DNA of 64,000 nucleotides from Cytophagaceae bacterium (lineage in GTDB: Bacteria > Bacteroidota > Bacteroidia > Cytophagales > UBA9547). A program made the translations under genes and the position numbers. The notes beneath the pieces were generated by a model. It was not told the DNA's origin and did not search any database. It saw only the letters and a list, made by a program, of their open reading frames with translations. The DNA lies in assembly GCA_027488865.1 (NCBI GenBank), contig JAIYAU010000042.1:130170-194169 (forward strand), written 5' to 3'. Positions 9,800 through 20,227 of this stretch are shown in pieces (position 1 is the stretch's first letter; every line of letters starts with the position of its first letter).

Positions 9800-10477
9800 A
9801 TGAAGTTTTTTATAAACGACACACCTGTTAAAATTTCAGAACTTGATACAAAAGTAATATCCAAGGATTACGATCGAATAATGGAGGGTGAAATAGAAAT
9901 TATTCCAGATCATTTCAGTGGCGATGTAATCTTAAAATTTCCTAAAAATCAGCAACTTATAACTATTATCCGACTGCTACAAGCTAAAAAAATGTTGAAT
10001 TTAAAGCATTTGACTGTAGTGGTAACTAATAAGAAATTTGTTGAAGGAATGATCAAAAAGCAATTTAGGAGCATAAAGGCTGCTGGAGGTGTGGTAATGA
10101 AAGACGGAATGGTATTGATGATACACCGTTTAGGCTGTTGGGATCTTCCAAAAGGTAAATTTGACGCTGGAGAGACCTCTGAAATGTGTGCTGTAAGGGA
10201 GGTACACGAAGAGTGTGGGGTGGTTGTTAAAATTACAGATACAATTACTTCTACATGGCATTCTTATATTACAAAAAATGGCAACAACTATTTGAAAAAA
10301 ACGGATTGGTTTCTCATGGAATGTGTCGATGACTCACTAATGAAACCCCAGCAAGAGGAAGGTATTGACCAAATCAAATGGATTTTGGATAAAGAAATAG
10401 ATCTTGTTTTGACTGACAGCTATAACTCAATCAAGCACGTTTTTAAGAAACTGAGAAAATCAAAAACCGAACATTAA
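9800..10477 (+). CDS. NUDIX hydrolase with an N-terminal domain of about 95 aa of unknown function
   Basis: A complete Nudix box, GKFDAGETSEMCAVREVHEECGV, fitting Gx5Ex7REUxEExGU. Confidence 0.8.
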   Translation: MKFFINDTPVKISELDTKVISKDYDRIMEGEIEIIPDHFSGDVILKFPKNQQLITIIRLLQAKKMLNLKHLTVVVTNKKFVEGMIKKQFRSIKAAGGVVMKDGMVLMIHRLGCWDLPKGKFDAGETSEMCAVREVHEECGVVVKITDTITSTWHSYITKNGNNYLKKTDWFLMECVDDSLMKPQQEEGIDQIKWILDKEIDLVLTDSYNSIKHVFKKLRKSKTEH

Positions 10478-10478
10478 T

Positions 10479-11105
10479 TTACTTCTTCGTTTCTTTGGCA
10501 GGTTTTTTTATTACCTTGATTTCGTGTTTATTTGGTACCAGATTTACCTTAACACTTTTGATAATATCATCCGCAGTGTACCTCCATTGATCTTTTAATC
10601 TATATGGACAATTAAAATTAAACACATATACCTCTCCTTGTTGGAGTGTGTAAGAAATGTAAGTGTAGTTTTTTATGGGAGGAATTGGTTGAGTCGTGTT
10701 TTGTTTTTCTTCTACTTCCGACGTATATTCAAAAACAATATAATCTCTTTTTTTCCTTTTTATGATTGTATCTTGTATAAATTCCACCTTGGAGTACATA
10801 CTCATCACGGTTGATCTATAAAATTTTTTTAGTAGGGTTATATCGTTTCCCCAAGCACTACTATTGGTTACGTTATATCCAAAATCTACTTTTCCGTCAG
10901 GATTGGTGTACATGGCAATGGGTTTACGATATGCCGGATATCTTTTCGCAATATCGTCATCTGACATAACAATGAAGTCATCAGGAAGATAAATGGTTAC
11001 ATTTTTATCTAGTTTAATTTTGACCATTTTTTTACCCCTTGCGGCCACCATAATTAGGCTTGCAATAAGAATAAGTAAAATACCCGTATTTTTGGTTTTT
11101 AGCAT
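10479..11105 (-). CDS. Hypothetical exported or membrane-anchored protein
   Basis: N-terminal hydrophobic segment GILLILIASLIMVAA. No motif I recognise. Confidence 0.4.
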   Translation of the reverse strand: MLKTKNTGILLILIASLIMVAARGKKMVKIKLDKNVTIYLPDDFIVMSDDDIAKRYPAYRKPIAMYTNPDGKVDFGYNVTNSSAWGNDITLLKKFYRSTVMSMYSKVEFIQDTIIKRKKRDYIVFEYTSEVEEKQNTTQPIPPIKNYTYISYTLQQGEVYVFNFNCPYRLKDQWRYTADDIIKSVKVNLVPNKHEIKVIKKPAKETKK

Positions 11106-11281
11106 AAAAAGTAAAAATTATTTATTGTAGTTTATCGTAAAGATATACTGTTTGGGCTATTATATATTGTATTAAACCACTAAGTTAATAATACTACCAA
11201 TAATCATCAAATAAGTTTAAAACTAGATTTTTTTTAAGACGTTTAAATTGCTAGGTATAAAACAGATTACTAAAGACAATT

Positions 11282-12166
11282 ATGAAATATTTGTTGGCAA
11301 TTCTTTTTTTAGTTCTTAATGCACCAACCTTTGGGCAATCTGTACAAAAGGAAGTTTTAGAGACTACTTGTTGTTACGACAAAGACTACCTTTCAGAGTT
11401 TGAGCAATTGGTGTTTAAGGATTTCCTTAGAGGCAATACCAATGATCACGCAGCTTTGTTATTTGCAATAGATTCTTCCATGACCTTGAGAAAATTTAAA
11501 CTTACAGATAAATATTTTAAAGAATATTGCGAGAAACTTAAAAACAAAAGAAGTCAATTTCATACAGATATAGCTTATTTGAAATATGTTTTTGATGTGG
11601 TTCAGCAGTATTACTTGAAGGAATTTCAATATAATCAAAGTATAGATAGGATAATGTTTAAGGGTACTTTTGATTGTGTTGCTGGTACTTCATTTTATGC
11701 CTTGGTACTAGAAAATATAGGTTTTGATTTTGTAATTAAAGAAACACCGCTTCATGTTTATTTGGAGCTTTATGCTGACGGCAATAAAATACTACTAGAA
11801 ACCACAGATAAAAATGGATTTATTATAAATAGAAACAAGGTGGTTTCCTTAGAAACCCAATATGCAAGTGAAGCCTCTGAAGCATTTAAAAATTTAATGA
11901 AAAAATCTTGCGATGTGGATATTCAAATGTTGGACAATCAAATTGACATGGTTCAACTGGCTGGAATACAGTATTTTAATAAGGCGTCGGTAGCGTTTAC
12001 GAGTCATAACTATAAACAATCTTTGTTGCTTTCTCAAAAAGCATACTTGCTATATCCCTCTCCTCGCATCAAGGGATTGATTTTGTCGGCCTTAGAACTA
12101 TTGATGAACAACAAACAAATTTCTTATAAAACGAAGTTGGAATTGTATAAAAAGTATCGTTCTTAA
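11282..12166 (+). CDS. Secreted transglutaminase-like / TPR-like protein (SirB1-like architecture)
   Basis: Signal peptide (LVLNAPTFGQ). Cys-His-Asp-like core spacing (DCVAGTSFYAL ... PLHVYLEL ... ETTD) and a helical repeat tail. Confidence 0.35.
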   Translation: MKYLLAILFLVLNAPTFGQSVQKEVLETTCCYDKDYLSEFEQLVFKDFLRGNTNDHAALLFAIDSSMTLRKFKLTDKYFKEYCEKLKNKRSQFHTDIAYLKYVFDVVQQYYLKEFQYNQSIDRIMFKGTFDCVAGTSFYALVLENIGFDFVIKETPLHVYLELYADGNKILLETTDKNGFIINRNKVVSLETQYASEASEAFKNLMKKSCDVDIQMLDNQIDMVQLAGIQYFNKASVAFTSHNYKQSLLLSQKAYLLYPSPRIKGLILSALELLMNNKQISYKTKLELYKKYRS

Positions 12167-12202
12167 GCTTAATATATTGATATTTGGTTGTTGTAATCAA
12201 AT

Positions 12203-13369
12203 ATGTTGAAAGACTCCCGTTTTTTTAATATTTCCACCTTAATCATCAAAGTAACCAATAGGTGTAATCTCGATTGCCTCTATTGTTACGAAAATGTATC
12301 TAGGCTCGGTGTGGATATGTCAATTGAAACCTATAAGTGTTTGGTTGATAAGACATTGAGCAATACTACTCAGTCTTCTATCAATTTTCTGTTTCATGGA
12401 GGAGAACCTAGCCTAATAAGCAATCAGTGGTATGAACAGGCCATGGAATATACCATCCAAATGGGTAAAAAATATTTGAAAAAGGTGGTGTTTTCAATGC
12501 AAACCAATTTATTAGCCCTACCAGATGCTAAAATTGATTTATTTAAAAAATATGATGTGCAACTAGGCATAAGTTTAGATGGTACATTTGAAGAAAACAC
12601 AGCTCAACGAGGCGCAGAACTGCGGGTGTTGCAAAACTACAATAAGCTAGTTAATAACAATTTAAAGGTCGGAATACTCTCAACTATAAATGTGGATAAT
12701 TTTGACAAATTTGATAAAATTTGTCTTTTCTTCGAAAGTATTAAAATCAAAAGTTTTAAAGCTAATACTGTTTATAATGTGGGTCGTGGGCTCAATAATC
12801 AGGTATTAGAAACATCACATGTGGTACAAGCTCAAACAAGCATTTTGAAGCACATGTTAAATACGAAAGGTCTTGGGCTCATTGAGCAAAATACCTTATT
12901 AGAGCTTAAACGATTTTTTGGTCAAAAAACAGCCTCTTCACTTTGTCACGATCAAGTTTGCGGTGCAGGAAAACTAGCTATGGGTATCACCACCAACGGC
13001 GACATATTGCCCTGTGGGCGCTTTCAATGGAATGATAGCCAATATTATCTAGGTCACATTGCAGCAAAAGAGGAAGATTATTTTAATAAACTCAATAATT
13101 TTCAAAATGAAGCACCGGAAAATTGGCTTAACTGTAAAAACTGTGGGGCCTCTAAAATATGTAGATTTAGTTGTCAAGCATTTATAGTGAGAAGTAAAGA
13201 CAAAATTAATCAAGAATGTAAACCAACTATCGAGAAATTTAATTTTTTTGTGGAGCATCACGAAGCGCTTAAGCTTATATTGGCTAATGTCGAAAAAGGG
13301 CAAAGAGCAAATGTACTTTTTACAATAAAAACTCCACAAGGACCCAAAGAATATCATTTTAATCAATAA
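12203..13369 (+). CDS. Radical SAM / SPASM domain maturase (anaerobic sulfatase maturase-like)
   Basis: CNLDCLYC (Cx3Cx2C), GGEPSL, and a full SPASM pattern: CGAGKLAMGITTNGDILPC followed by CKNCGASKICRFSC (Cx2Cx5Cx3C) and a later Cys. Confidence 0.8.
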   Translation: MLKDSRFFNISTLIIKVTNRCNLDCLYCYENVSRLGVDMSIETYKCLVDKTLSNTTQSSINFLFHGGEPSLISNQWYEQAMEYTIQMGKKYLKKVVFSMQTNLLALPDAKIDLFKKYDVQLGISLDGTFEENTAQRGAELRVLQNYNKLVNNNLKVGILSTINVDNFDKFDKICLFFESIKIKSFKANTVYNVGRGLNNQVLETSHVVQAQTSILKHMLNTKGLGLIEQNTLLELKRFFGQKTASSLCHDQVCGAGKLAMGITTNGDILPCGRFQWNDSQYYLGHIAAKEEDYFNKLNNFQNEAPENWLNCKNCGASKICRFSCQAFIVRSKDKINQECKPTIEKFNFFVEHHEALKLILANVEKGQRANVLFTIKTPQGPKEYHFNQ

Positions 13370-13489
13370 AGTCATTTTTCTGTTAGTTATAATTTTACCA
13401 AATAAAATCGCTTTATTTTGTTATTTTTTATTTATAACTGGCTCAAATACAAAACATTTTTTAAATTGGCATAGATTTTAACTTTTAAT

Positions 13490-16400
13490 ATGAAATTCTA
13501 CTTTTGTTCACTTGTTGTTCTTTTAACATTATTATTTGGCTGTGCTCCAAAAAACAAAGTAAGCATAAAAGATAAAAATTTTGGTGATGTGATTGATCAA
13601 CAAACCAACTTGACTTTAACATTCAGCCATGATTTGGTGCCAGATTCAGTTATTGGCGTATGGGATACCACTGCCTATTTGGATATTCAGCCAAAAGTGA
13701 AAGGAAAGTTTAAATGGGATGCCAAAAATGTATTGGTATTTTCTCCACTTATGGGTTTCGCTGCAAGTACAGATTATAAAGTGGAAGTTACGGAGGATGT
13801 TTTAAACAAAACAAAAGAAAAATTAAGTATTGATGAAGAATCAGCTAAAATGTCTTTTCATACAGCGTATTTGGGTCTTGTAAGTGGTGATTTTTTTTGG
13901 ACCAAAAATAATGGAAGAACTGAACTTAGGTCTAATTTAACCTTTAATTATAAAATCAACCCCAACGAACTAAATCAATTATTGAAAATTGAAATTGATA
14001 ATAAATTGGTACAATTTCAAATAAACTCAACTCAAATCGGAAGCATTGTCCAAATTTCTATAATTGAGAATAATGAAAAATTTGATAATAAAACATTAAA
14101 ACTGACCATTGAAAAAGGACTTACTTGCCAAGAAAGTAATTATTCATCACCAGAAGCTATAACTTTTGAATCGATTGTACCTGATAAAAGTAACTTTCAA
14201 ATTGTTCAAGTAGTACCAGAATATTTTGGAGATGAGGGTGTAATTCATGTTTATACCAATCAAACCCTTGAGGCTAGTCAGAATTTTAAAAGTTTAGTAG
14301 CAATAGACCCACTACAAGAAATTAAGGTTGAGCTATTGGAATATGGTTTTTTAATTAAAGGTGGTTTTAAGTCAGGTTCCACACTTCAATTGACCATTTC
14401 TAAGGAGCTTCAAGGAATGTTCGGAGGCAAATTGGGAAAGGATTTTCAACAATATGTGGTGTTTGGAGAACTAGAACCTAGCATATCTTTTAGTAGTAAA
14501 AAGGCAATTTATCTTACCAATCAAGGCGAAAAAAATATTGGAGTCAAGATCATCAATGTGCCTGAAGTACACGTGGTTGTCTATAAAATTTATGAAAACA
14601 ATATTTTGCAATTTTTAAAAGCCAGTAACCAAATTGGCGGATATGGTGGGTACTATGGTGATGAGGAGGGTTATTACGAATCTAGTAATAGTTTTTATTT
14701 TTATGGAGATTACTTAGAATATGGTGATGTTGCTCTGGACAAAACAATTAGTACTAAAACATTGGAAAGAAGTGGTGTATCCAGTTTACTTCATTTAAAT
14801 CTCGAAGATATCAATGCCTTTAAAGGCATTTATGTGGTGACGGTGCAATCTACTGATGATCAGTACATAAAAGATGCCAAGTTGGTTTCTATTTCTGATA
14901 TTGGAGTGATTGTAAAAGAAACAGAAAACGACATTATGGTTTTCACAAGGTCAATTTTAACCGCTAATCCGCTTAAGGATGTTGAAGTGAGTTTAATAAG
15001 TAGAAACAATCAAAATGTTTTTAAAGAAACTACTGACGGAGAGGGTGTTGTAGTTTTTAAAGATATAAAAAAGAAATCCCCTGGCTTTGTAATTAACATG
15101 ATAACAAGTAAGTTAGAGAATGATTTTAACTATTTGCATTTTCAACAAACACAAGTAGACCTCTCTAGATTTGAAATAGGTGGGGCAGCAAGCAATCACG
15201 GTGGCTATCAAGCTTTTATTTTTGGAGATCGCAATATTTACCGACCAGGAGAAAAAATCAATTTACAAGTAATTATGCGTGATGAACAGTATAATCCAAC
15301 CGCAGCACTTCCAATTAAAATTAAAATATTATCGCCAAATGGTAAAGAATACAAAGGTATTAAAGGAGTTTTAAATGCTCAAGGTGCTTTTGAGACAACG
15401 TTTGTAATGCCTGTTTCTAACCTTACAGGCACGTATATTGCGGAGGTTTATAGTGCTAATAATATTTTGCTAAACTCATATAATTTTAGTTTAGAGGAGT
15501 TTATACCTGATCGCATAAGTGTAAAGGTAGGTTTAAATAAAACCCAACTTAGACTAAATGAAAATGTAGTAGCATCCGCAACCGCTCTTAACCTATTTGG
15601 CCCTCCAGCTGCTGACAGAAATTATGAAATGGAATGTGGGGTAAAACGAAAATATTTTTCCCCTAAAGGATTTAGTGATTACACTTTTGATTTAAGTGGC
15701 AAGTTGGCCACAACTTTTGAAAAAGATTTAAGACAAGGTAAAACTAGCTCTTCTGGTAATTTTTCTGAAACTTTTAAAATATCCGAGGAATATAAAAACT
15801 GCGGTTTATTAGAAGGAACAATATTTACAACAGTATTTGATGAATCTGGAAGGCCGGTAAATAGATTAAACCAGTTTGAAGTGTTTACCCAAGACGTGTT
15901 TTATGGAATTAAGTATTTTGATAGTTATGTTGATACCAGACAACAACTAGTGGTACCATTGGTTGCAGTTGACAAAACAGGTTTACCCAAAACAGCACAG
16001 GCTAAAGTGCAGCTAATCAATTACCAATGGCAGACAGTTTTGCAAAAGGATGATTATGGTCGTTTTAGATATGTTTCTGAAAAACAAGAACGTATTATGG
16101 ATGATAGAATTGTTACTATAACAGGAAATACTACTACTTACAATTGTGTGCCAACCCAGTCAGGAGAATACGTTATTCGGATTTTTAAACCTGGAACAGA
16201 AACTTATGTAGAACGCCAATTTTATGCCTATGGGTGGGGAAATACCAATAACTCCTCTTTTGAGGTAGATAAAGAGGGCCTGATAAGCATTGAGGCAGAT
16301 AAAGATAAATACCAAGTAGGTGATGAGGCAAACATTTTATTTAAGACTCCTTTTGCGGGTAAATTATTGGTTACCATCGAAAAAAATAATGTATTAGAAT

Positions 16401-18901
16401 ATTATCAACTAGACACTGATAAGAAATCAGCTTCGTTAAAACTTAAAATAAAAGATGATTTTTTGCCAAACATATATGTGTCAGCCACTTTGATTAGGCC
16501 TTTAACTATTGAATTTAATCACCTGCCACTTACTGTGGCTCATGGCTACTTGCCGATATTAGCAGAAAAACAATCGCATAAAATGCCAATTGAAATTTCC
16601 ATTCCTGCCACATGTAGGTCACAAACAAAACAAAATATAAAAGTTAAATGTGCTGAGGAGTCAGACATAGATGTAACCATAGCTGTGGTGGATGAGGGAA
16701 TTTTACAAATAAAAAATTATGAAACTCCTGACCCCTATAAGTTCTTTTTCAGAAAAAGAAGATTGGAAGTAAATAGTTATGACATTTATCCTAGACTTTT
16801 TCCTGAATTGAAGCCAACCAGAGTAAGTTTTGGTGCTGATGGCATGATGCAGAAGCGAATTAATCCAATGGGAAATAAAAGAGTGAATTTGGTTGCATTT
16901 TGGAGCGGCATTTTAAAAACCAATAGCAACGGAGAGGCTACTTATACAATCGATTTACCAGCATTTTCAGGTGATGTTAGGGTAATGGCTGTTGCGCACA
17001 AAGGAAATAGAGTAGGTGGGGCATCTAAAAATATGAAGGTGGCTGATCCAATTGTATTGAGTACTTCTTTACCAAGGTTTATCGCTCCGAATGATTCAGT
17101 TATTGTGCCAATTATGATTGCCAATACCACTAATAAATTGGCGAATGCCAAAGTTTCATTAACCACAAATGAGAATTTTACTATTGATGGTAACTCTCAA
17201 CAGAATGTAAGTATAAATCCTAATAGTGAAGGTAGAGTTTATTTCAGACTATTTACCAATAGGAAAATTGGTCAAGGAGAGGTGATTGTAAAGGTGGACG
17301 CGTTAGGCGAAAAGTTTAGTGACAAAGTGCAGCTACCTGTACGCCCAGCAAGTCCTTTAACCAAAAGGTTTGAGTTTGGTACTATAACTTCTGCAAAACG
17401 TACTGTGTTAAAATCAACTACAGAGGATTTTATTCCTGACTCTTATAGTAGCGAAATTTTATTAAGTAACAGTCCAATAGTGCAATTTAGCCAACAGTTA
17501 AAGGATTTAATTCAATATCCTCATGGATGTATAGAACAAACAGTTTCTACTGCATTTCCGCAAATTTATCTTCAAGATTTATGCGTCAATATGAATGTGA
17601 ACAAATTTGCCAATCCTACCTACAATGTACAAGAGGCTATTAAAAAATTGAATACCATGCAGTTGTACAATGGTGCTATGGCTTACTGGCAAGGTGAATC
17701 TTATGAAAGTTGGTATGGCAGTGTATATGCCGCACACTTTCTAATAGAAAGTAGAAAAGCGGGGTATGAAATTAATAATCAGGTACTTGACAAGCTATTG
17801 GCCTATATGAAACAGAAGGTAAAAGAACGTAGTACTGAGTCTTATTATTACTCAGAATATGAAGGTGGAACCTACCGAAACAAAAGCATAGCTTCAAAAG
17901 AAATTCCATATTCATTATACGTTTTATCGCTGGTTGGGAAACAAGATATAGCAACCATGAATTATTATAAATCTAACCTAGACTTGTTAGCTTTGGATGG
18001 TCGTTATTTATTGGCATCAGCTTACATGTTATCTGGTGATCAGGCAGCATATAAGGCCATTACACCTAAATCATTTACTGGTGAGGTATCTCGATCAGCT
18101 TTTGGTGGAAGTTTTTATTCATATTTGCGTGATGAGGCCATTGCACTAAATTCTTTGATTGATAGTGATCCTACTAATAATCAAATAATAATTTTGTCCA
18201 AGCATTTATCTGAGCAATTTAGGAACAAACAGTATTTATCTACTCAGGAACAGGCTTTTACATTATTGGCTTTGGGGAAAGTGATGAAAAATAAAAGTAA
18301 TAGTATATTAACTGCTTCTGTATCTGATGGAAACAAAAATTTAGGCACCTATGATGGTAGTGTTAAATCTTTTAAAACCAACGCAAACAACTTCACTTTG
18401 GATACAAAAGGAAGTGGATTGTTGTATTATTTTAAAGGTTCGGAAGGTATTAGCATTACCGGTAAAATACAAGAAGAGGATAAGTTTTTAAAAATAAGAC
18501 GAAATATTTATGACCGCGGTGGACAATTAATTACAAATAATACCTTTAAACAAAATGACTTACTTGTAATAGAATTGAGTTTGACCAATCTGGAAGGAGG
18601 AGAAATAGAAAACGTGGTAATTACTGACCTGTTACCTGCTGGTTTTGAAATAGAAAATCCACGAATTAGTGCATCTCCAGATATAAGATGGATTCAAAAT
18701 GCCTCAAGTCCTCAATATTTGGATGTGAGAGATGATAGAATTAATTTTTATACAAATATAGGTTTTACTACTAAGAGGTTTTATTACATCGTGAGGGCGG
18801 TAAGTAAGGGTAGATTTACCATAGCTCCTGCATCTGCCGATGCTATGTATAATGGAGAATATCATTCTTATAATGGTGCCGGTGAAATATTGGTTAGATG
18901 A
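13490..18901 (+). CDS. Alpha-2-macroglobulin family lipoprotein with thioester motif
   Basis: 1803 aa. Lipobox LLFGC at the N-terminus. PHGCIEQT thioester motif (CIEQ at 17528-17539). Size and repeated beta-rich domains are typical of bacterial A2M. Confidence 0.85.
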   Translation: MKFYFCSLVVLLTLLFGCAPKNKVSIKDKNFGDVIDQQTNLTLTFSHDLVPDSVIGVWDTTAYLDIQPKVKGKFKWDAKNVLVFSPLMGFAASTDYKVEVTEDVLNKTKEKLSIDEESAKMSFHTAYLGLVSGDFFWTKNNGRTELRSNLTFNYKINPNELNQLLKIEIDNKLVQFQINSTQIGSIVQISIIENNEKFDNKTLKLTIEKGLTCQESNYSSPEAITFESIVPDKSNFQIVQVVPEYFGDEGVIHVYTNQTLEASQNFKSLVAIDPLQEIKVELLEYGFLIKGGFKSGSTLQLTISKELQGMFGGKLGKDFQQYVVFGELEPSISFSSKKAIYLTNQGEKNIGVKIINVPEVHVVVYKIYENNILQFLKASNQIGGYGGYYGDEEGYYESSNSFYFYGDYLEYGDVALDKTISTKTLERSGVSSLLHLNLEDINAFKGIYVVTVQSTDDQYIKDAKLVSISDIGVIVKETENDIMVFTRSILTANPLKDVEVSLISRNNQNVFKETTDGEGVVVFKDIKKKSPGFVINMITSKLENDFNYLHFQQTQVDLSRFEIGGAASNHGGYQAFIFGDRNIYRPGEKINLQVIMRDEQYNPTAALPIKIKILSPNGKEYKGIKGVLNAQGAFETTFVMPVSNLTGTYIAEVYSANNILLNSYNFSLEEFIPDRISVKVGLNKTQLRLNENVVASATALNLFGPPAADRNYEMECGVKRKYFSPKGFSDYTFDLSGKLATTFEKDLRQGKTSSSGNFSETFKISEEYKNCGLLEGTIFTTVFDESGRPVNRLNQFEVFTQDVFYGIKYFDSYVDTRQQLVVPLVAVDKTGLPKTAQAKVQLINYQWQTVLQKDDYGRFRYVSEKQERIMDDRIVTITGNTTTYNCVPTQSGEYVIRIFKPGTETYVERQFYAYGWGNTNNSSFEVDKEGLISIEADKDKYQVGDEANILFKTPFAGKLLVTIEKNNVLEYYQLDTDKKSASLKLKIKDDFLPNIYVSATLIRPLTIEFNHLPLTVAHGYLPILAEKQSHKMPIEISIPATCRSQTKQNIKVKCAEESDIDVTIAVVDEGILQIKNYETPDPYKFFFRKRRLEVNSYDIYPRLFPELKPTRVSFGADGMMQKRINPMGNKRVNLVAFWSGILKTNSNGEATYTIDLPAFSGDVRVMAVAHKGNRVGGASKNMKVADPIVLSTSLPRFIAPNDSVIVPIMIANTTNKLANAKVSLTTNENFTIDGNSQQNVSINPNSEGRVYFRLFTNRKIGQGEVIVKVDALGEKFSDKVQLPVRPASPLTKRFEFGTITSAKRTVLKSTTEDFIPDSYSSEILLSNSPIVQFSQQLKDLIQYPHGCIEQTVSTAFPQIYLQDLCVNMNVNKFANPTYNVQEAIKKLNTMQLYNGAMAYWQGESYESWYGSVYAAHFLIESRKAGYEINNQVLDKLLAYMKQKVKERSTESYYYSEYEGGTYRNKSIASKEIPYSLYVLSLVGKQDIATMNYYKSNLDLLALDGRYLLASAYMLSGDQAAYKAITPKSFTGEVSRSAFGGSFYSYLRDEAIALNSLIDSDPTNNQIIILSKHLSEQFRNKQYLSTQEQAFTLLALGKVMKNKSNSILTASVSDGNKNLGTYDGSVKSFKTNANNFTLDTKGSGLLYYFKGSEGISITGKIQEEDKFLKIRRNIYDRGGQLITNNTFKQNDLLVIELSLTNLEGGEIENVVITDLLPAGFEIENPRISASPDIRWIQNASSPQYLDVRDDRINFYTNIGFTTKRFYYIVRAVSKGRFTIAPASADAMYNGEYHSYNGAGEILVR

Positions 18902-18922
18902 TGTAAATTGTTACTTTTGCTT

Positions 18923-19336
18923 ATGGATAAAAAAAGACCACATCTTATAGAATTCCCAAAGCTTGGTGAGTCTTCCATTGGATATATTTCTGTTTCCGAT
19001 GGCCTCAAAAATATTCCTTTTGCTGTGAAACGGGTTTTTTGGACGTATTTTACACCAGAAAGTATTGTAAGAGGACGACATGCTCATTACGAAACTGAAC
19101 AAATTTTAATCGCAGTAGCCGGAAGAATAATTGTAACCACCGAAGAAGGTGATGGAACTATTACTACTTTCAAGCTTGAAGATCCTAATCATGGGGTTTA
19201 TATCCCACCAAATGCTTGGCATACGATGCAATATTCACATACAGCTGTGCAATTGGTACTGGCTTCTACAGAGTTTTTAGCAGAAGATTACATTCGGGAT
19301 TATGGACAATTTAAAATCGTTTATGGAACAAAATAG
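18923..19336 (+). CDS. Cupin-fold sugar 3,4-ketoisomerase (FdtA/WxcM-like)
   Basis: IPFAVKRVFW...RGRHAH...QILIAVAGR matches the FdtA/WxcM domain pattern. The ATG at 18923 lies 21 nt after the A2M stop. Confidence 0.7.
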   Translation: MDKKRPHLIEFPKLGESSIGYISVSDGLKNIPFAVKRVFWTYFTPESIVRGRHAHYETEQILIAVAGRIIVTTEEGDGTITTFKLEDPNHGVYIPPNAWHTMQYSHTAVQLVLASTEFLAEDYIRDYGQFKIVYGTK

Positions 19337-20225
19337 AGATTTAATACTACCATATTATAGTCCATATAATTTTTTAAGAAACGTACCAGTTGAAAAGCAC
19401 CTAGGATATGTGAAGGACATTTTCTTATCGTATACAGAATCAGAAATTAAACGAGTTGCTATAAAAGATTCTCTATTTGAATTTTATGTTAAAAAGCTTG
19501 AATGGGATAGTAATTTTTTCGAAATCCCAATTTTTAAGATTTTTACATTTGTAAGTGAGAACCACGATTTGAAAGTGTTGGTTGAAGCAATTGATTTGTT
19601 GGTTTTGAGCTTCCCGCTCCAATCATATATATTTGTTGAAGCTCCTTCTGAGGATACTATGTTTTTGCAAGCTCTTGGTGCATGCAATTTCAAATTAATA
19701 GAAACACGACTTACCTATTTTCATAATTCTTTAAAAAATTATTCGTATAAGAGGTTCAATGTAAGAAAGGCAACAACTCAAGACACTGATGGTCTTAAAA
19801 GAACAGCCAAAGTAATGAAAAACGTGTATGATAGAATTCACGCGGATAAAACTTTTGGTGATGAAATTGCTAACAAATATTTAGAGACCTACATTGAAAA
19901 TTCGATACATGGCTTCGCTGACATTGTATTAGTTCCTAATGAGCTAAATGTACCTTGTGAAGCATTTTTGACAGCTAATATAAATAAAAGCGATTGGGAT
20001 AAAATTGGGTATAAAATATCCAAGATGGCGCTCTCTGCCGTGAATAGCTCGTGCAAAGGATGGTATGTAAAGTTGATATCTGAAATGACGTTTTTATTAA
20101 AAGAAGAAGGAGCTGATTGTATTTTTATGAATACTCAGTCTACAAATAGAGCTGTTATTAAGACTTGGGAAGGACTTGGGTATTCTTATGGAAATGCTAC
20201 CCATATTTTTGCCAAAACGATTTAA
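19323..20225 (+). CDS. GNAT-fold N-acyltransferase candidate (WecD-like two-domain architecture)
   Basis: The C-terminal third resembles a GNAT core (..[16 protein letters not shown]). It sits between an isomerase and an aminotransferase. Start is uncertain (19302 or 19323). Confidence 0.45.
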   Translation: MEQNRDLILPYYSPYNFLRNVPVEKHLGYVKDIFLSYTESEIKRVAIKDSLFEFYVKKLEWDSNFFEIPIFKIFTFVSENHDLKVLVEAIDLLVLSFPLQSYIFVEAPSEDTMFLQALGACNFKLIETRLTYFHNSLKNYSYKRFNVRKATTQDTDGLKRTAKVMKNVYDRIHADKTFGDEIANKYLETYIENSIHGFADIVLVPNELNVPCEAFLTANINKSDWDKIGYKISKMALSAVNSSCKGWYVKLISEMTFLLKEEGADCIFMNTQSTNRAVIKTWEGLGYSYGNATHIFAKTI

Positions 20226-20227
20226 AT

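Noticed and set aside
13049-13375. 108-aa minus-strand ORF at the 3' end of the radical SAM gene, considered as a possible precursor or partner.
   Set aside because: It is antisense to the SPASM-domain coding region. It is a low-complexity hydrophobic/basic translation with no leader-core organisation, so it is most likely spurious.
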